The position numbers were made by a program, and so were the translations under genes. DNA of 64,000 nucleotides, taken from positions 896,410 to 960,409 of the forward strand of contig CAWANJ010000009.1 in NCBI GenBank assembly GCA_963783385.1, written 5' to 3'. Within the stretch, counting starts at the first letter, position 1. Every line of letters begins with the position of its first letter. The DNA comes from an uncultured Gemmatimonadales bacterium (GTDB taxonomy: Bacteria; Gemmatimonadota; Gemmatimonadetes; Palauibacterales; Palauibacteraceae). The notes beneath the pieces are model-generated. The model was not told where the DNA came from, searched no databases, and saw only the letters and a list, made by a program, of their open reading frames with translations. Below are positions 31,959-44,235 of the stretch, piece after piece.

Positions 31959-33137
31959 TCACCGCGAGCCGCCCGCCCCCTCGCCGTGTGCCTCCTCGCC
32001 CTCCATCTCCATGCCCATCGTGCCCTTGAGGGGGCCTTCCATGATGAAGGCGGCGTCCTTCCGGTAGACCGCGTTCGTCGTGTCGGCCGGGAGGAGGTGC
32101 CAGCCGCCGTCCAGGATGACGGCGCCGGCCACCGAGGCCATGGCGTGGTGGTGGATCGTGTCCCCGGTCGGGTTCTCGTAGATCCCGGTCACCCGGTAGA
32201 GGTGGTCGGCGTAGATGCGCTTGCCGAGCCCGGTCCACCCGTAGAACGCCTTCACCGGGACGTGGTCGAGGGTGCCGTCGGGCTTCGTCACCGGATTCAC
32301 GTCGAACAGCACCTTCCCCGCGGTCACGTCCTCGAGCTTCAGCTCGACGGCGTGCGGGTGGAGGTGGCCGCTCATCCCGATGATCCGGCCGCCCACCTCG
32401 GGCCTGGCCTCCCACGTCTTCACCGTGCGGCCGGGGGGCAGGTCGAAGGCCATGCTCCCGTCGCCCTTCTCGCCGAACGGGTACTCCACGTCCATGGAGA
32501 AGGGCTCGACCTTCCACAGCGGGAAGAATCGACTACGAGTGTAGTCGAGGATCAGCCGCACGCGCACGCCGTGGTAGTCGGCGCCCGTGGGGTTCCAGAG
32601 CATGGTCATGAACAGGAAGGGCGAGCCCTTGCGGACCGGGATCCCGAACAGCCACCCCGGCACGTGGATGGAGGGCGTCTCGGAGCCGGCGGCCAGGATG
32701 CGGCGCATGATGGGCGAGAACAGGGTGCGCGCGTCCGGCTCGAACAGGTTGGTGTGGTGGAGGACGGCGTGCGGCACCGGCCGCCCCTGTCCGTCCACGA
32801 TCTCCACCCGGTAGGCGTGGATGGTCGCGTCGAACGGAAAGGTGCCCCGCTGGACGGGGATCTGGGTCACCTGGTACGGCGACGAATGCGCCGGGAGGTC
32901 GGTCGGGCCGGCCACCAGGACGAGCTCGTGCCGGTCGGGCCGGTCGATCACCTGGGCCTGATCGGCCTGGACGGCCGCGGTAGGGCGCGAGCCGGGCACG
33001 GCCTGGGCCCGGGCCGCGGACGGAGCCGCAATGGCCGCCATGGCGGCGAAGGCCGCGCCGAGCGACGCGGCGGCGGTCACGAGGAGCGTGGACGGTTGCT
33101 GGCCGTTCAGGGGTCCCCCGGGGCTTCGGGTGGTCAC
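31959..33137 (-). CDS. secreted hypothetical protein (His-rich C-terminus)
   Basis: Tat/Sec-like signal (LLVTAAASLGAAFAAMAAIAAPSAARAQA). No family recognised. It is upstream of and co-directional with GH47. Confidence 0.5.
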   Translation of the reverse strand: MTTRSPGGPLNGQQPSTLLVTAAASLGAAFAAMAAIAAPSAARAQAVPGSRPTAAVQADQAQVIDRPDRHELVLVAGPTDLPAHSSPYQVTQIPVQRGTFPFDATIHAYRVEIVDGQGRPVPHAVLHHTNLFEPDARTLFSPIMRRILAAGSETPSIHVPGWLFGIPVRKGSPFLFMTMLWNPTGADYHGVRVRLILDYTRSRFFPLWKVEPFSMDVEYPFGEKGDGSMAFDLPPGRTVKTWEARPEVGGRIIGMSGHLHPHAVELKLEDVTAGKVLFDVNPVTKPDGTLDHVPVKAFYGWTGLGKRIYADHLYRVTGIYENPTGDTIHHHAMASVAGAVILDGGWHLLPADTTNAVYRKDAAFIMEGPLKGTMGMEMEGEEAHGEGAGGSR

Positions 33138-33343
33138 GATCTGGAGCCCAGTTTATGGGGACGAGGCCCCGGAGGACAGGCTCGGCGCGCGGAGCGGAGT
33201 GGAGAAGCCGCGACGGCTGAATCCTCCGGGAGCCGGGATGCGTTGGGGATGGGGGCGGCCCTGTCGATCGGGGCCACCTCGGCCGAAGTTGGGCCCGGAT
33301 CCGGGACCGCCCGAAGCGTACCACCGAAGGAGAAGAGAGAGCC

Positions 33344-35318
33344 GTGATGAGCCACGCGCACCACTCGAGCACGCCGCGCCCGTCGACCGCCGCCCGGACC
33401 GCGGCGGTCCCGGCCTTCCTGGCGGCCCTGGCCTGCCTGGCCGCCCCCGCGGCCGCCCACGCCCAGCAGGCGTCGGCCGGCTCGGGGCCCCTGTACGAGC
33501 CCCGCAACGTGAAGGCGGCCTACGCGGCCGGCACCCGCTCGCGGGACGGCAACCCGGGGCCCGAACTACTGGGAGAACCACGCCAGCTACCGGATCACGA
33601 TCGACGGCCGACCCGCCCGACCGCACGATCCGCGGCTCCGAGGACATCGTGTACCGGAACGTCGAGCCCCGACTCGCTCCCCGAGCCTGATCATCAAGCT
33701 GTTCATGAACGTCCACCAGCCCGGCGCGCCGCGGTTCCGCGGCGTCTCGAAGGACTTCATGACCTCGGGCGTCCACATCGACAGCTTCGCCGTGAACGGC
33801 GCGCGCGCAGGAGTGGAAGGACGTGCCGGTTCGCGTTCACGTGGCAGCCCGTGAAGCTCCCCGAGGGGCTCGCCCCGGGCGACTCGGTGCGGCTGCACTT
33901 CGACTGGCACTACGACCTGGCCGAGCGTGCCAGCCGCGAGGGCGTCATCGACTCGACCACCTACTACATCGCCTACTTCTATCCGCGCGTGGCGGTCTAC
34001 GACGACTACGAGGGCTGGGACACGATGGAGCACACGCCCAGCCACGAGTTCTACTCGGACTTCAACGACTACGACGTGACCGTGAACGTGCCGGCGGGCT
34101 ACGTGGTGTGGGGCACGGGGACGATCGAGAACATGGACTCCCTGCTGCAGCCCGGTCCGCTGGCGCGCTTCAAGAAGTCGTTCACCTCGGACTCGACCAT
34201 CCACGTGGCCACTCGCGAGCAGATGCTGGCCGGCAAGGTGACGACCGGGAGCGGCACGAACGCCTGGCACTTCACGGCGAAGTACGTCCCCGACATGGCG
34301 TTCGGGCTCTCGAACCACTACGACTGGGACGCGGCCAGCGTGCTGGTGGACGATGCCGCCGGGCGCCGGGCCAGCGTGCAGGCGGCCTACAACGACACCG
34401 CCTCCGACTTCCACCACATGGTCCAGTTCGGGCGGCACTCCCTGGACCTGCTCTCGCACGACTGGCCGGGCGTCCCCTACCCGTACGAGAAGACGACCGA
34501 GTTCCAGGGCGGCGCGGGCATGGAGTATCCGATGATGGCCAACGACCAGGCCTACGAGGACTCCACCATGTCGCGCTTCGTGGCCGAGCACGAGATCGCC
34601 CACACCTACATGCCCTTCTACATGGGGATCGACGAGACCCGCTACGGCTTCATGGACGAGGGGTGGGCGACCACGTTCGAGTACCTGCTCGGCGTCGAGG
34701 ACATGGGCAAGGCCCGGGAGACGAAGTTCTTCGACCGGTTCCGCGTGAACCGCTGGGCGCACGACAACGCGGCGGCCGAGGATCTGGCGATCACCAACCC
34801 CGGCGACATCCTGGGCGGCGCCGCCCTCGGCATCAACGAGTACGGGAAGGCCGCCATCGGCTACCTGGCCATGAGGGACCTGCTCGGCGACGCGCTCGTT
34901 CAAGAAGTGCCTGCAGGCCTACATCGCCCGCTGGCACGGCAAGCACCCGAGCCCGTGGGACTTCTTCTACACCTTCGATGACGTGGCCGGCAGGCCGCTC
35001 GACTGGTTCTGGTCCAACTGGTTCTTCAGCCACAACTACATCGACCTGGCCGTGGCCGACGTCGACCGGGCCGGGGACGGCTACGACATCACGCTCGACA
35101 ACATCGGCGGCATGGACGCGCCCGTGGACCTGGTCCTGGGCTTCGCCGACGGCAGCTCGAAGACCGTCCACGAGACGCCGGCCATCTGGGAGAAGGACCA
35201 GGAGCGCGCCGTCGTGCACGTGCCGGCGGACGGCACGCTGACTTCGGTCGGCATGGACCACCAGATCTGGGTGGACGCCGACACCTCGAACGACGGGTGG
35301 AAGGCGAAGGGGAGCTAG
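33344..35318 (+). pseudogene. M1-family zinc aminopeptidase, at least 6 frameshifts
   Basis: Signal peptide. M1 motifs HEIAHTYMPFY (HExxH) and DEGWATTFE (zinc-binding E). There are frame changes at about 33570, 33600, 33690, 33740 and 33830, and an extra G near 34898. The C-terminal 110 aa are in ORF 34983..35318. Confidence 0.7.
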
Positions 35319-35358
35319 CGGTCCGCGGGCGCGGCAGCGAGGCGGTCGCGGACGTCGC

Positions 35359-38098
35359 TCATCCGCCCCTGCTTCCTCGCATCTTCCGCCCGAGCTCCTC
35401 GAACCAGTGGTCCACCACCACCAGCCGGTTCGGCGCGGCCGCCACGGAGTCCGAGACCGGGCTCAGCATGAGGAAGCGTCGGTCGTCCGGAGACACGTCG
35501 TAGGCGCGGTACGAGGGACCCGTCGCGTACTTCCCGGCCGGGAAGAGGGCGTGCGGCGTCCCGGGAGCGAACGTCGGGGTCGTGGTCACGGGCACGGCCA
35601 TCATCTCCCCGGAGTGCGGCGCGGTAGAAGATCTCCCGCCCGCTGTGGCCCCACAGCGGCTCGGCGCCCCCGGCCGTCGGAAACCTGCCACCGGCGGCCG
35701 CTTTCGGCCTTCGGGAACGGACGGACGTAGATCTCGTCCCGTCCTGACTCGTCGGATTGATACGCGATCCACCGCCCGTCCGGCGACAGGGTCGCCGCCC
35801 GCTCGTCGAACTGCGGCGACGTCACGATGGGCGTCAGGGTCGTATCCACACCCGGCTGGAAGGCGTACAGGTCCCGCGTGGGCAGAGTCGTGCGCACCAC
35901 CATCCAGTGACCGTCGGGTGCCCACAGGGCCTCCGCCAGCGCCCTGTCGGATCCGAGCATCCTCTTCGCCTTACCGCTGAAGTCGGCGGACCTCTCGTAG
36001 ATGGACGCGTTGTTGTTTCCCGGGTCGACGATGTAGGCCACCCTCTTGCCGTCCGGACTCCAGGTCGGACGATACTTGAGGAACTCCCCGAAGGTCAGCC
36101 GGGAAAGCGGACCGTGATCCCGGTCCAGCTGCTTGATCCAGATGTCGGAGGTCGGCCGGCCCGCGATGGCGACGGCCAGTCGCCGGCCGTCCGGTGACAG
36201 GCTCATCCCGCCGTTGAAGGGCCGGTCGAAGGTCCAGCCCGAATCGACGGGCGTGGCGACGCCCTCCCGGCTGACCCAGACCGGGCGGACCGTCTCCCTG
36301 ACGTCTCGGGGCTCCCCGGCGTAGTAGACCAGCGTGCCCGCGTTGGAGACGTCGTAATTCGCCACGTACCCGACGTTCGTCGCGACGCCGTTGATCACGG
36401 GAACCGCCGGACCGGTCACCTCCAGCTTGTCCGGATCGAACGGTACCGCCACGAGCGACCCGTTCGCCCGCGCGATGAGGAGGTTCCCCGTGGGGAGGTA
36501 CTCCGCTCGCCGTCCGGCCTGGAGGAGGCGGTACCTGTCCGTCTTCAGGTCGAGGACCGCGATCCTGGTGTCGTTGGGCCGGGTCGGCCCGTACCAGACG
36601 GAGAACAGCAGCCCGCGACCGTTCGGCAGCGCGGCCGGGTCGACCTGGGCGAACTCGTGCTGGGCGGTGTCGATCCGGGTGCGGACCCTCGCCGCGCCCC
36701 CGGTCACCGGGTATCCGACGATCCCCGGCCCTCCCGGAGTGCCGAAGCCGCCGGACGAATAGATGACCCCGTCCGGTCCCCACGCGGTGCCGCCTCCGGC
36801 GGCCGAGAGTGAATCGGTCACGACGGTCGGGGGGGCGCCATCCAGCCCGACGACCTTGAGCACTCCGGGGGCGATCTCGAAGGCCAGCTGACGGCCGTCC
36901 GGCGACCACGAAATGAACCGCGCGCCCTCGGTGCCGGGGATCGGGATGGCCGTGGAGCTGGTCGCGGTTCCGGATCCAGATCTGCCGTCGGACCGGCCTT
37001 CCCGCCGCCGATGTAGGCGATCCGGCTCCCGTCGGGGCTGATGGCCAGGACGCCGACACGGTCGGTCGTGAGGGACTCGGGCTCGGACAGCTGGAGCGCG
37101 TAGCGTGTCACGGACTCCTGGGGGGCGCTCCGGGTCCGGGACCAGACCCACCCGCCCGCGGCGAGGGTGAGGCCCCAGAGCACCCACCCGGCCAGGGTGA
37201 TGCGCGTCCCCCACCGGCGGGCACCGAAGACCGACGCTTCCGTCGAGGCGGCCGTGGAACGGTACCCCGGGTCGGCCAGCGCGTCCGCGAACTCCCTCGC
37301 CGAATCGAACCGATCGGCCGGCAGCTTCTCCAGCGCCTTCCCGATCGCCGCCGCCACGTTCGGCGGCACGCTCTTCCGCAGCTTCGTGACCGGCGCCGGC
37401 TCCTCGGTCACGATCTTCATGATGATCTGCTGCGCCGACCCGCCCAGGTGCGGCGGCTCCCCCGTCAGCATCTCGTACAGCACGCTGGCCAGTGAATAGA
37501 CGTCCGAGCGGCCCGTGATATCGGGCTCCGCCGTCGCCTGCTCCGGGCTCATGTAGTGCGGCGTGCCGAGACTGAGCCCCGTCTCCGTCATGCGCCCGCC
37601 GGCCGCCGCGCTCACCGCCAGCGCGATCCCGAAGTCCGCCACCATCGGACGGCCGGCGTGGATCAGGATGTTCTCCGGCTTGATGTCGCGGTGGACGACC
37701 CCGTGCTCGTGGGCGTACTGGAGGGCGTCGGCCACCTCGGTCGTGAGGTCCACAGCCTCCTGCACCGGGAGCTGCTTCTCCCGGTTCAGCCGGTCCCGCA
37801 GCGACTCGCCCTCGACGTAGGGCATCACGTAGTAGAGGAAGCCGTCCGCGGTGCCCGAGTCGAACAGGGGCAGGATGTTGGGGTGCTGCAGAGAGGCGGT
37901 GGTCGTGATCTCCTGGACGAACCGGTCGGCGCCCAGGACGGCGGCCAGCTCGGGCTTGAGGACCTTGATCGCGACCCGCCGGTGGTGCTTCAGGTCCTCG
38001 GCCAGGTAGACCGTGGCCATGCCACCCTCGCCGAGCTCGCGCTCGATGCGGTAACGGTCCGCAAGGGCAGCGGCCAGGCGGTCGGGGGCGTCACTCAC
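35359..38098 (-). pseudogene. Ser/Thr protein kinase - TM - PD40/TolB-like beta-propeller (paralog 1), at least 3 frameshifts
   Basis: GTG start (rc 38096-98). Hanks kinase motifs (GEGGMATVYLAEDLKHHRRVAIKVLKP; HRDIKPENIL; DFGIA; GTPHYMSPEQ). The propeller part is split between ORF 35601..37214 and ORF 35359..35925 (tail ...RLVVVDHWFEELGRKM). Confidence 0.7.
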
Positions 38099-40696
38099 CG
38101 CAAACCATCCACGGTATAGAGCCGAGACGTGTACAGGAACTGGTTGTAGGCGTACACGTGGGGATCATCCGCCAGCGTCGGCCGGTCGAAGCCGCGCACC
38201 CCACGCAGCTCACGGGGCACGACGCTCAGAAGCGTCGCGCGCGCGCCGGTGACGGGATCGACGCGAGCGAAGTCCAGGCTCGAGGCGGAGCTCCTATTCG
38301 TCCACACCCACACCTCGCGTCCCTCCGGGCTCCACCGGATCAGGACATCGCCTGGACGGACTCCGAGCGCACGTCGGGGCGCGCCCCCGTCCAGGGGGTA
38401 GATGGCCACGCTGTCCCCGACCCGGGCCAGCACGCGCCGGCCGTCCGGCGAGATGACTGCCTGAGACGTTCCCGGGGGAGTCACAGGGATCGGGGCGGCG
38501 TGCGACAGCGAATCGACGTAGCAACGCTCGGATCGCTGCGGCTCCGTTCCGCAGAAGAAGACGATGGTGTCACGCCCGGCCACCCGGACGTCCCCGCTCG
38601 TCCCGAGGTCCAACGTCTGGAACTGGCCGGAGTCGATCCGCCGCGCCGAGCCCGGACCGGTGGGATAGAGCATGAGCTTTGCCGGAGTGGTGGGCAGGCC
38701 CGCCAGGACGAGGCCGTCGCCGCGGGCCACGGCCATCGGAGTCCCCGCGCCGAGGCGGACCAGCTGAGAACCGTCCGACTTCCGCCACAGCAAGGAGTAG
38801 TCGGTACCGCCCATCGAGCCCGCATCGCTGTACGCCAGGTGGCGGCCGTCCCCGCTGAGCACCGGCCTCTGCGACCAATTGCGCACGCCCATGTCCGTCT
38901 CCTCGGCGGCGCCCGGCCCGCGCCCGACGACACGCTCTATCTGGCGATCTTCGGTCAGCAGAACACGACCCTCGCGGGAGACGTTCTGGACCGTCAGGTC
39001 GCCCGGACCGGAAAGGGCCCATCCGTCCCGTCCAGACCGGTCCATTCTCGCGCAACGCGAAGCTGACAACCCCGGTACCTCCTCCCCCGGCGGCCGAGTA
39101 GAAGATGCCCTTCCCGTCCGGCCACCACGCGACACCCTCGGTCCCCTGAAAGTCCACCGACCTGGCCAGGGTGCGGCCCGTGCGATCGGCGATGATGGCG
39201 GAGCCGCGATCGTCGAACTTCGCGGGGTGCTCGAGGTACGCGATCGCGTCGCCCGAGGGCGAGACCCTGGGATCCGAGAGGTAGCCCTGGGAGCGCACGA
39301 GGACCGTCCCCACCGGGTACTCGAGGAGGTCCGTTCCGCTGCTGTCGCGGATCACGGCCATGGTCTTTCCGTCCGGGCCCCAGGCGGCCTCTCGCACACC
39401 CGTTGTCACCTCGCGCGGCGCCTCGCCCCCGAGCGAGACCGTCGCCAGCGTGCCCGAGAACAGGCGATGGCCACCGAGGTAGCTCGCGTGCGTGAGGATG
39501 GCGAGCTGGCCCGTGCTCGAAACGTCCAGCAGGTGCGCCGAGTCCGGGCCAAACGGGACGGGATCCGGGTGGTCGGGCCGGATGACGTACAGGCGCGACA
39601 CGATCCCGACATCGGGCATGCCGCTGAACACGATCGTCTGCCCGTCGGGCATGAAGCGCGCGTTGAAGATCGAACGGGAGTCGAACGTCCGGGCCGTGAA
39701 CCACGGCGGCGAGGCGGGTGCCGCGCCACGCATCAGGAGGACCGACAGCACCACCCCGGCCACGGCTACCGTGACCGTCCCCCACGACCAGGGGCTGCGA
39801 ATCCACCCCCGGAAACCACGCGCACCGGGCGCGCCGGCCACCGCGCCCCCGGTGACCCGGAACGCAGGATTCTGCAGTGCCTCCGCGAATGCCGTGGCCG
39901 TCTCGAACCGGTCCGCCGGCAGCTTCTCCAGCGCCTTGGCCACCGCCGCCGCCACGTTGGGCGGCACCGCCTTGCGCAGCTTCGTGACCGGCGCCGCCTC
40001 CTCGGTCACGATCTTCATGATGATCTGCTGCGCCGAAGACCCGGTGTGCGGAGGGTCCCCCGTCAGCATCTCGTACAGCACGCTGGCCAGCGAGTAGACG
40101 TCGCTCCGGCCCGTGATGTCCTTCTCCGCGGTGGCCTGCTCCGGGCTCATGTAGTGCGGCGTGCCCAGGGAGAGCCCCGTCTCCGTCATGCGCCCGCCCG
40201 CCGCCGCCGAGACCGCCAGCGCGATCCCGAAGTCCGCCACCATGGGCCGCCCGCCGTGGAGGAGGATGTTCTCGGGCTTGATGTCCCGGTGCACGACGCC
40301 GTGCTCGTGCGCGTATTGGAGCGCGTCGGCCACCTCGCTCACCAGCTTCACGGACTCCTCGACCCCGAGCTGCGTCTCGCGGTCGAGCCTGGCGCGCAGT
40401 GTCTCCCCTTCCACGTACGGCATCACGTAGAAGAGGAAGCCGTCGGCTTCGCCCGAGTCGAAGAGCGGCAGGATGTTGGGATGCTGCAGTGCCGCCGTCG
40501 TCGCGATCTCCTGCACGAAGCGGTCGGCGCCCAGCACCGCGGCCAGCTCGGGCTTCAGCACCTTGATCGCGACCTGCCGGTGGTGCTTCAGGTCCTCGGC
40601 CAGGTAGACCGTGGCCATGCCGCCCTCGCCCAGCTCCCGCTCGATCCGGTAGCGATCGGACAGGGCGGCGGCGAGGCGGTCGGGGACGTCAGCCAT
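38095..40696 (-). pseudogene. Ser/Thr protein kinase - beta-propeller (paralog 2), frameshift(s) near 39050-39140
   Basis: ATG (rc 40694-96) with an AGGTGA RBS. The kinase domain is near-identical to paralog 1. The C-terminal propeller is in ORF 38095..39135. Its stop overlaps the paralog 1 start. Confidence 0.7.
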
Positions 40697-40716
40697 AGGC
40701 ACTCACCTGCATGCGC

Positions 40717-43389
40717 TCAACTCCCCCCGGCGCCGCGCATGCGCGCTCGAAGCTCGCTGCGCCACCCGTACACGACGTCGTAGTCCGGTGTCTGCTCGCT
40801 CCGGATCATCAGCAGCCGGGTGCCGTCCGGCGACACGTCGTAGTCGGCGTGGGGCGCCTGCGCGAACACGTAGCGGTCGGCGAACAGCTCGGTGCGGCCA
40901 GTGACGGAGAAACCGCCGGTCGTGCTCACGGAGGCGGCGATGACGTATCGACCGTCGCGGTAGAAGATCGTCTTTCCGTCGCGGGCCCACACGGGCTCCG
41001 CGCCGCCCGAGACCGAGACCTGAACCTGCCCGCCCGGTCCCGGGAACGGCTGCACGACGACCTGCCCCGCGCCCGACCGGTCGGTGACGTACGCGACCCA
41101 CTTCCCATCCGGGGAGACCCGCGCCTGGGTCTCCACGAACCGCGTGGCCGCCACGGGCCGGGACGCCGTGTCGCCGGTGAGCGCCCGGACCATGATGTCG
41201 GCCTGGGTCGCGCCGCCATTGTCCATTCTGGTAGACCAACGACCGGCCGTCTGGCGTGATCACCCCCTCGAAGACGTTGTGCTGGTCGCTCACCTGCAAC
41301 GGCGTCGCCGGCGCACTCTGGTCGGCCGGTTGCCACCAGATGCCCGGCCGGCCGCTGCGGTCGGAACGGTACAGGACTCGGCGCCCATTGGGGCTCCACT
41401 CCGGGCGGTCGTTCTGGGTCCCGGAGCTGGTGATCCGGGTCAGCGTGCCCGAGGCGATGTCGTAGAGCCAGATGTCCGAGCGCCCGGCGGCGCCGATCGA
41501 CATCGCGATCCGCTTCCCGTCCGGCGAGAGCCTCGGGTAGGCATAGGCCTGGGGCCTCGACAACAGCGGCGTGAACCGGCCGTGCAGGTCGACCCATCCC
41601 AGCGCGGCTTCGCCGGCGGCCGGCTGGTACACCAGCGTCCCCGTGGGGGACAGGGCCGCCAGGCTGGTCCCCTGCACCGCGATCGCGACGATGGGACCGA
41701 GACCGACAGGATTCCCGGTGACGCCACCGCTCTCGAGATCGAAGGGCACGCCCGTGAGGGCGCCCGAGGGCGAGACGTACACCAGGGTCCCGTCCACGTA
41801 CCCGAGCACGTCCGTCAGCGGGAGTGCGAGCCGCCGCACCGCGCCGGTCTTCAGCGAGACCGCGCCGAGTCGGGCCTGGACACTTCCGGAGACCGGATGA
41901 ATCGAGAACAGGACCGTCTTTCCGTCGGGAAGCGCGCGGGGCTGGCTGAAGTAGAAGTCACCCGCGGCGGTGTCCGGGGCGGCCAGCCGCCGCGGCGTAC
42001 CCCCGTCCTGCGGATAAGCGACGAGGTCATCCTCGGTCGCCAGGACGATGACGCCGGAGCGGCTCCACGTCACCCCGGTCGGTACCGATCCGACGTCACC
42101 GACGCGCACGGGTGTCCCGCCCGAGACCCGGACCTTCCAGAGGGTCGTGCCGACCAGGTACGCGATCCACTCCCCGTCGGGCGAGAAACAGGGCTGCTGA
42201 GCCCCGTTCGTGCCGGCGAACACGCGGGCCGAGCCCTGGCGGAGCGGTCGGACGTAGAGGCGCGCCGTCCCCGTCGAGTCGGGCAGCGCGTAGGCAACGG
42301 CGAGGCCATCCGGCGAGACGGCCACGTCCGTGGCCGGGGCTGCGTTGGCCGAGAGCATCGTCGACGGCAACTCGAGCTTGAACCGAACGACCGCGCCCGG
42401 TGCCTCGCGATGCGCGGAACGCCAACCCCACGCCGCGAGGGCGGAGGTGAGGACGAGCGCCGCCCCGAGGCCGAGGACGAGCGGGTGGCGGGCCATCGCG
42501 CGGGCCGACGTGGCGGCGCCGGAGAATCCGGCCGCCGCCGTGCCGGCCCGGAAGTGCACGTCCGCCAGCGCGTCCGCGAACGCCTTCGCCGAGTCGAACC
42601 GGTCCGCCGGCAGCTTCTCCAGCGCCTTCCCGATCGCCGCCGCCACATTGGGCGGCACCGAGCTTCCGCAGCTTCGTGACCGGCGCCGGCTCCTCGGTCA
42701 CGATCTTCATGATGATCTGCTGCGCCGACCCGCCCAGGTGCGGCGGCTCCCCCGTCAGCATCTCGTACAGCACGCTCGCCAGCGAGTAGATGTCCGAGCG
42801 CCCCGTGATGTCGGGCTCCGCCGTCGCCTGCTCCGGCGACATGTAGTGCGGCGTCCCAGAGCTGAAGCCCCGTCTCCGTCATGCGCCCGCCGGCCGCCGC
42901 GCTCACCGCCAGCGCGATTCCGAAGTCGGCCACCATGGGCCGACCCTCGTGCAGGAGGATGTTCTCCGGCTTGATGTCGCGGTGGACGACCCCGTGCCGG
43001 TGCGCGTAATCCAGCGCGTCGGCGACCTCCGAGGTCAGATCCACCGCCTCCTGCACGGGGAGCTGCTTCTCGCGGTTCAGCCGGTCCCGGAGCGACTCCC
43101 CCTCGACGAAGGGCATGACGTAGAACAGGAAGCTGTCCGCCGAGCCCGAGTCGAACAGGGGGAGGATGTTCGGGTGCTGGAGCGAGGCGGTGGTGGTGAT
43201 CTCCTGGATGAACCGGTCGGCGCCCAGGACGGCGGCCAGCTCGGGCTTGAGGACCTTGATGGCCACCTTGCGGTGGTGCTTCAGGTCCTCGGCCAGGTAG
43301 ACGGTGGCCATGCCCCCTTCACCGAGCTCGCGCTCGATGCGGTAGCGATCCGCCAGGGCGGCGGCCAGGCGCGGGGGGAGGTCGGGCAT
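40717..43389 (-). pseudogene. Ser/Thr protein kinase - beta-propeller (paralog 3), about 4 frameshifts
   Basis: ATG (rc 43387-89), MPDLPPRLAAALADRYRIEREL... The kinase domain is split across ORFs 42070..43467 and 42096..42842. The propeller is in ORFs 40703..42658 and 40717..41226. Confidence 0.7.
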
Positions 43390-43575
43390 GGCGCCCAAGA
43401 TGGGAACGGACCGTGAATTGCGCCAGAATCGCACTACGACGCTCGCTCGGGCCGTCCAGCGAACCACGTGAGCTGCAGCCCACGGTGCATCCCACCGTTT
43501 GCCGGGCCGATCCAGGCCGATCTACGTTCGGGACGTCGGGCGGGCTTTTCGGAACCTCACACCCGGGAAGGCGTC

Positions 43576-44163
43576 ATGCGCGCAACGTCGATAGCAGCAT
43601 CGGTGGCCCTGTGGACCGCGGTCGCGATCGCGGCCGGCGGGTGCGGCGGCGGGAAGGCCGACACCTCGTCCAGCTCCTCGTCGGCATCCGCGAGCGAGAC
43701 CGGGGGCTCTTTCCCGAACGCGTCGCTGGACCCCTGCTCCCTGCTCACCGCCGACCAGGTGGCCGCGGTCCTCGGGATGAAGGTGGACCCGGCCAAGGCG
43801 GACTCGAGCGCGGGAGAGGGGTCCCGGGGCTGCAGTTGGACCACCGCGGCCTACGACGCCGGCGGCTCGGCCCTGATGGGCCACGTGGGCATCGTGACGC
43901 TGATCGTCGTCGGGCCCAACCCGGCGCTCGCCAGCCGCTTCCCCACCGCCAGGTCCTTCTTCGCGTTCCAGAAGCAGATCGTGCCCAACCAGCAGCCCGT
44001 GTCCGGAGTCGGCGACGAGGCCATGATCGCCGGCAAGCAGCAGGATCTGTGGGCGCGCAAGGGCGACGTGGTACTCCGGCTGTTCGTCACCGGAGGCCTG
44101 GGCGACACCTCGGAGCTGAAGCCGCTCAAGCAGCTGATGACCGAGGCGCTGTCCCGGACCTGA
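43576..44163 (+). CDS. putative lipoprotein (DUF3558-like DPCSLLT motif), hypothetical
   Basis: ATG 43576. Lipobox AIAAGGC, a Ser-rich linker, then LDPCSLLTADQV. Confidence 0.55.
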   Translation: MRATSIAASVALWTAVAIAAGGCGGGKADTSSSSSSASASETGGSFPNASLDPCSLLTADQVAAVLGMKVDPAKADSSAGEGSRGCSWTTAAYDAGGSALMGHVGIVTLIVVGPNPALASRFPTARSFFAFQKQIVPNQQPVSGVGDEAMIAGKQQDLWARKGDVVLRLFVTGGLGDTSELKPLKQLMTEALSRT

Positions 44164-44235
44164 TGCGTCGTCCCGGGCGGCGGTCCGGGCGTCGGCCGGC
44201 GGCGGGCGCGAGGCCGGCCGCGCCCCGGCCGCAGG

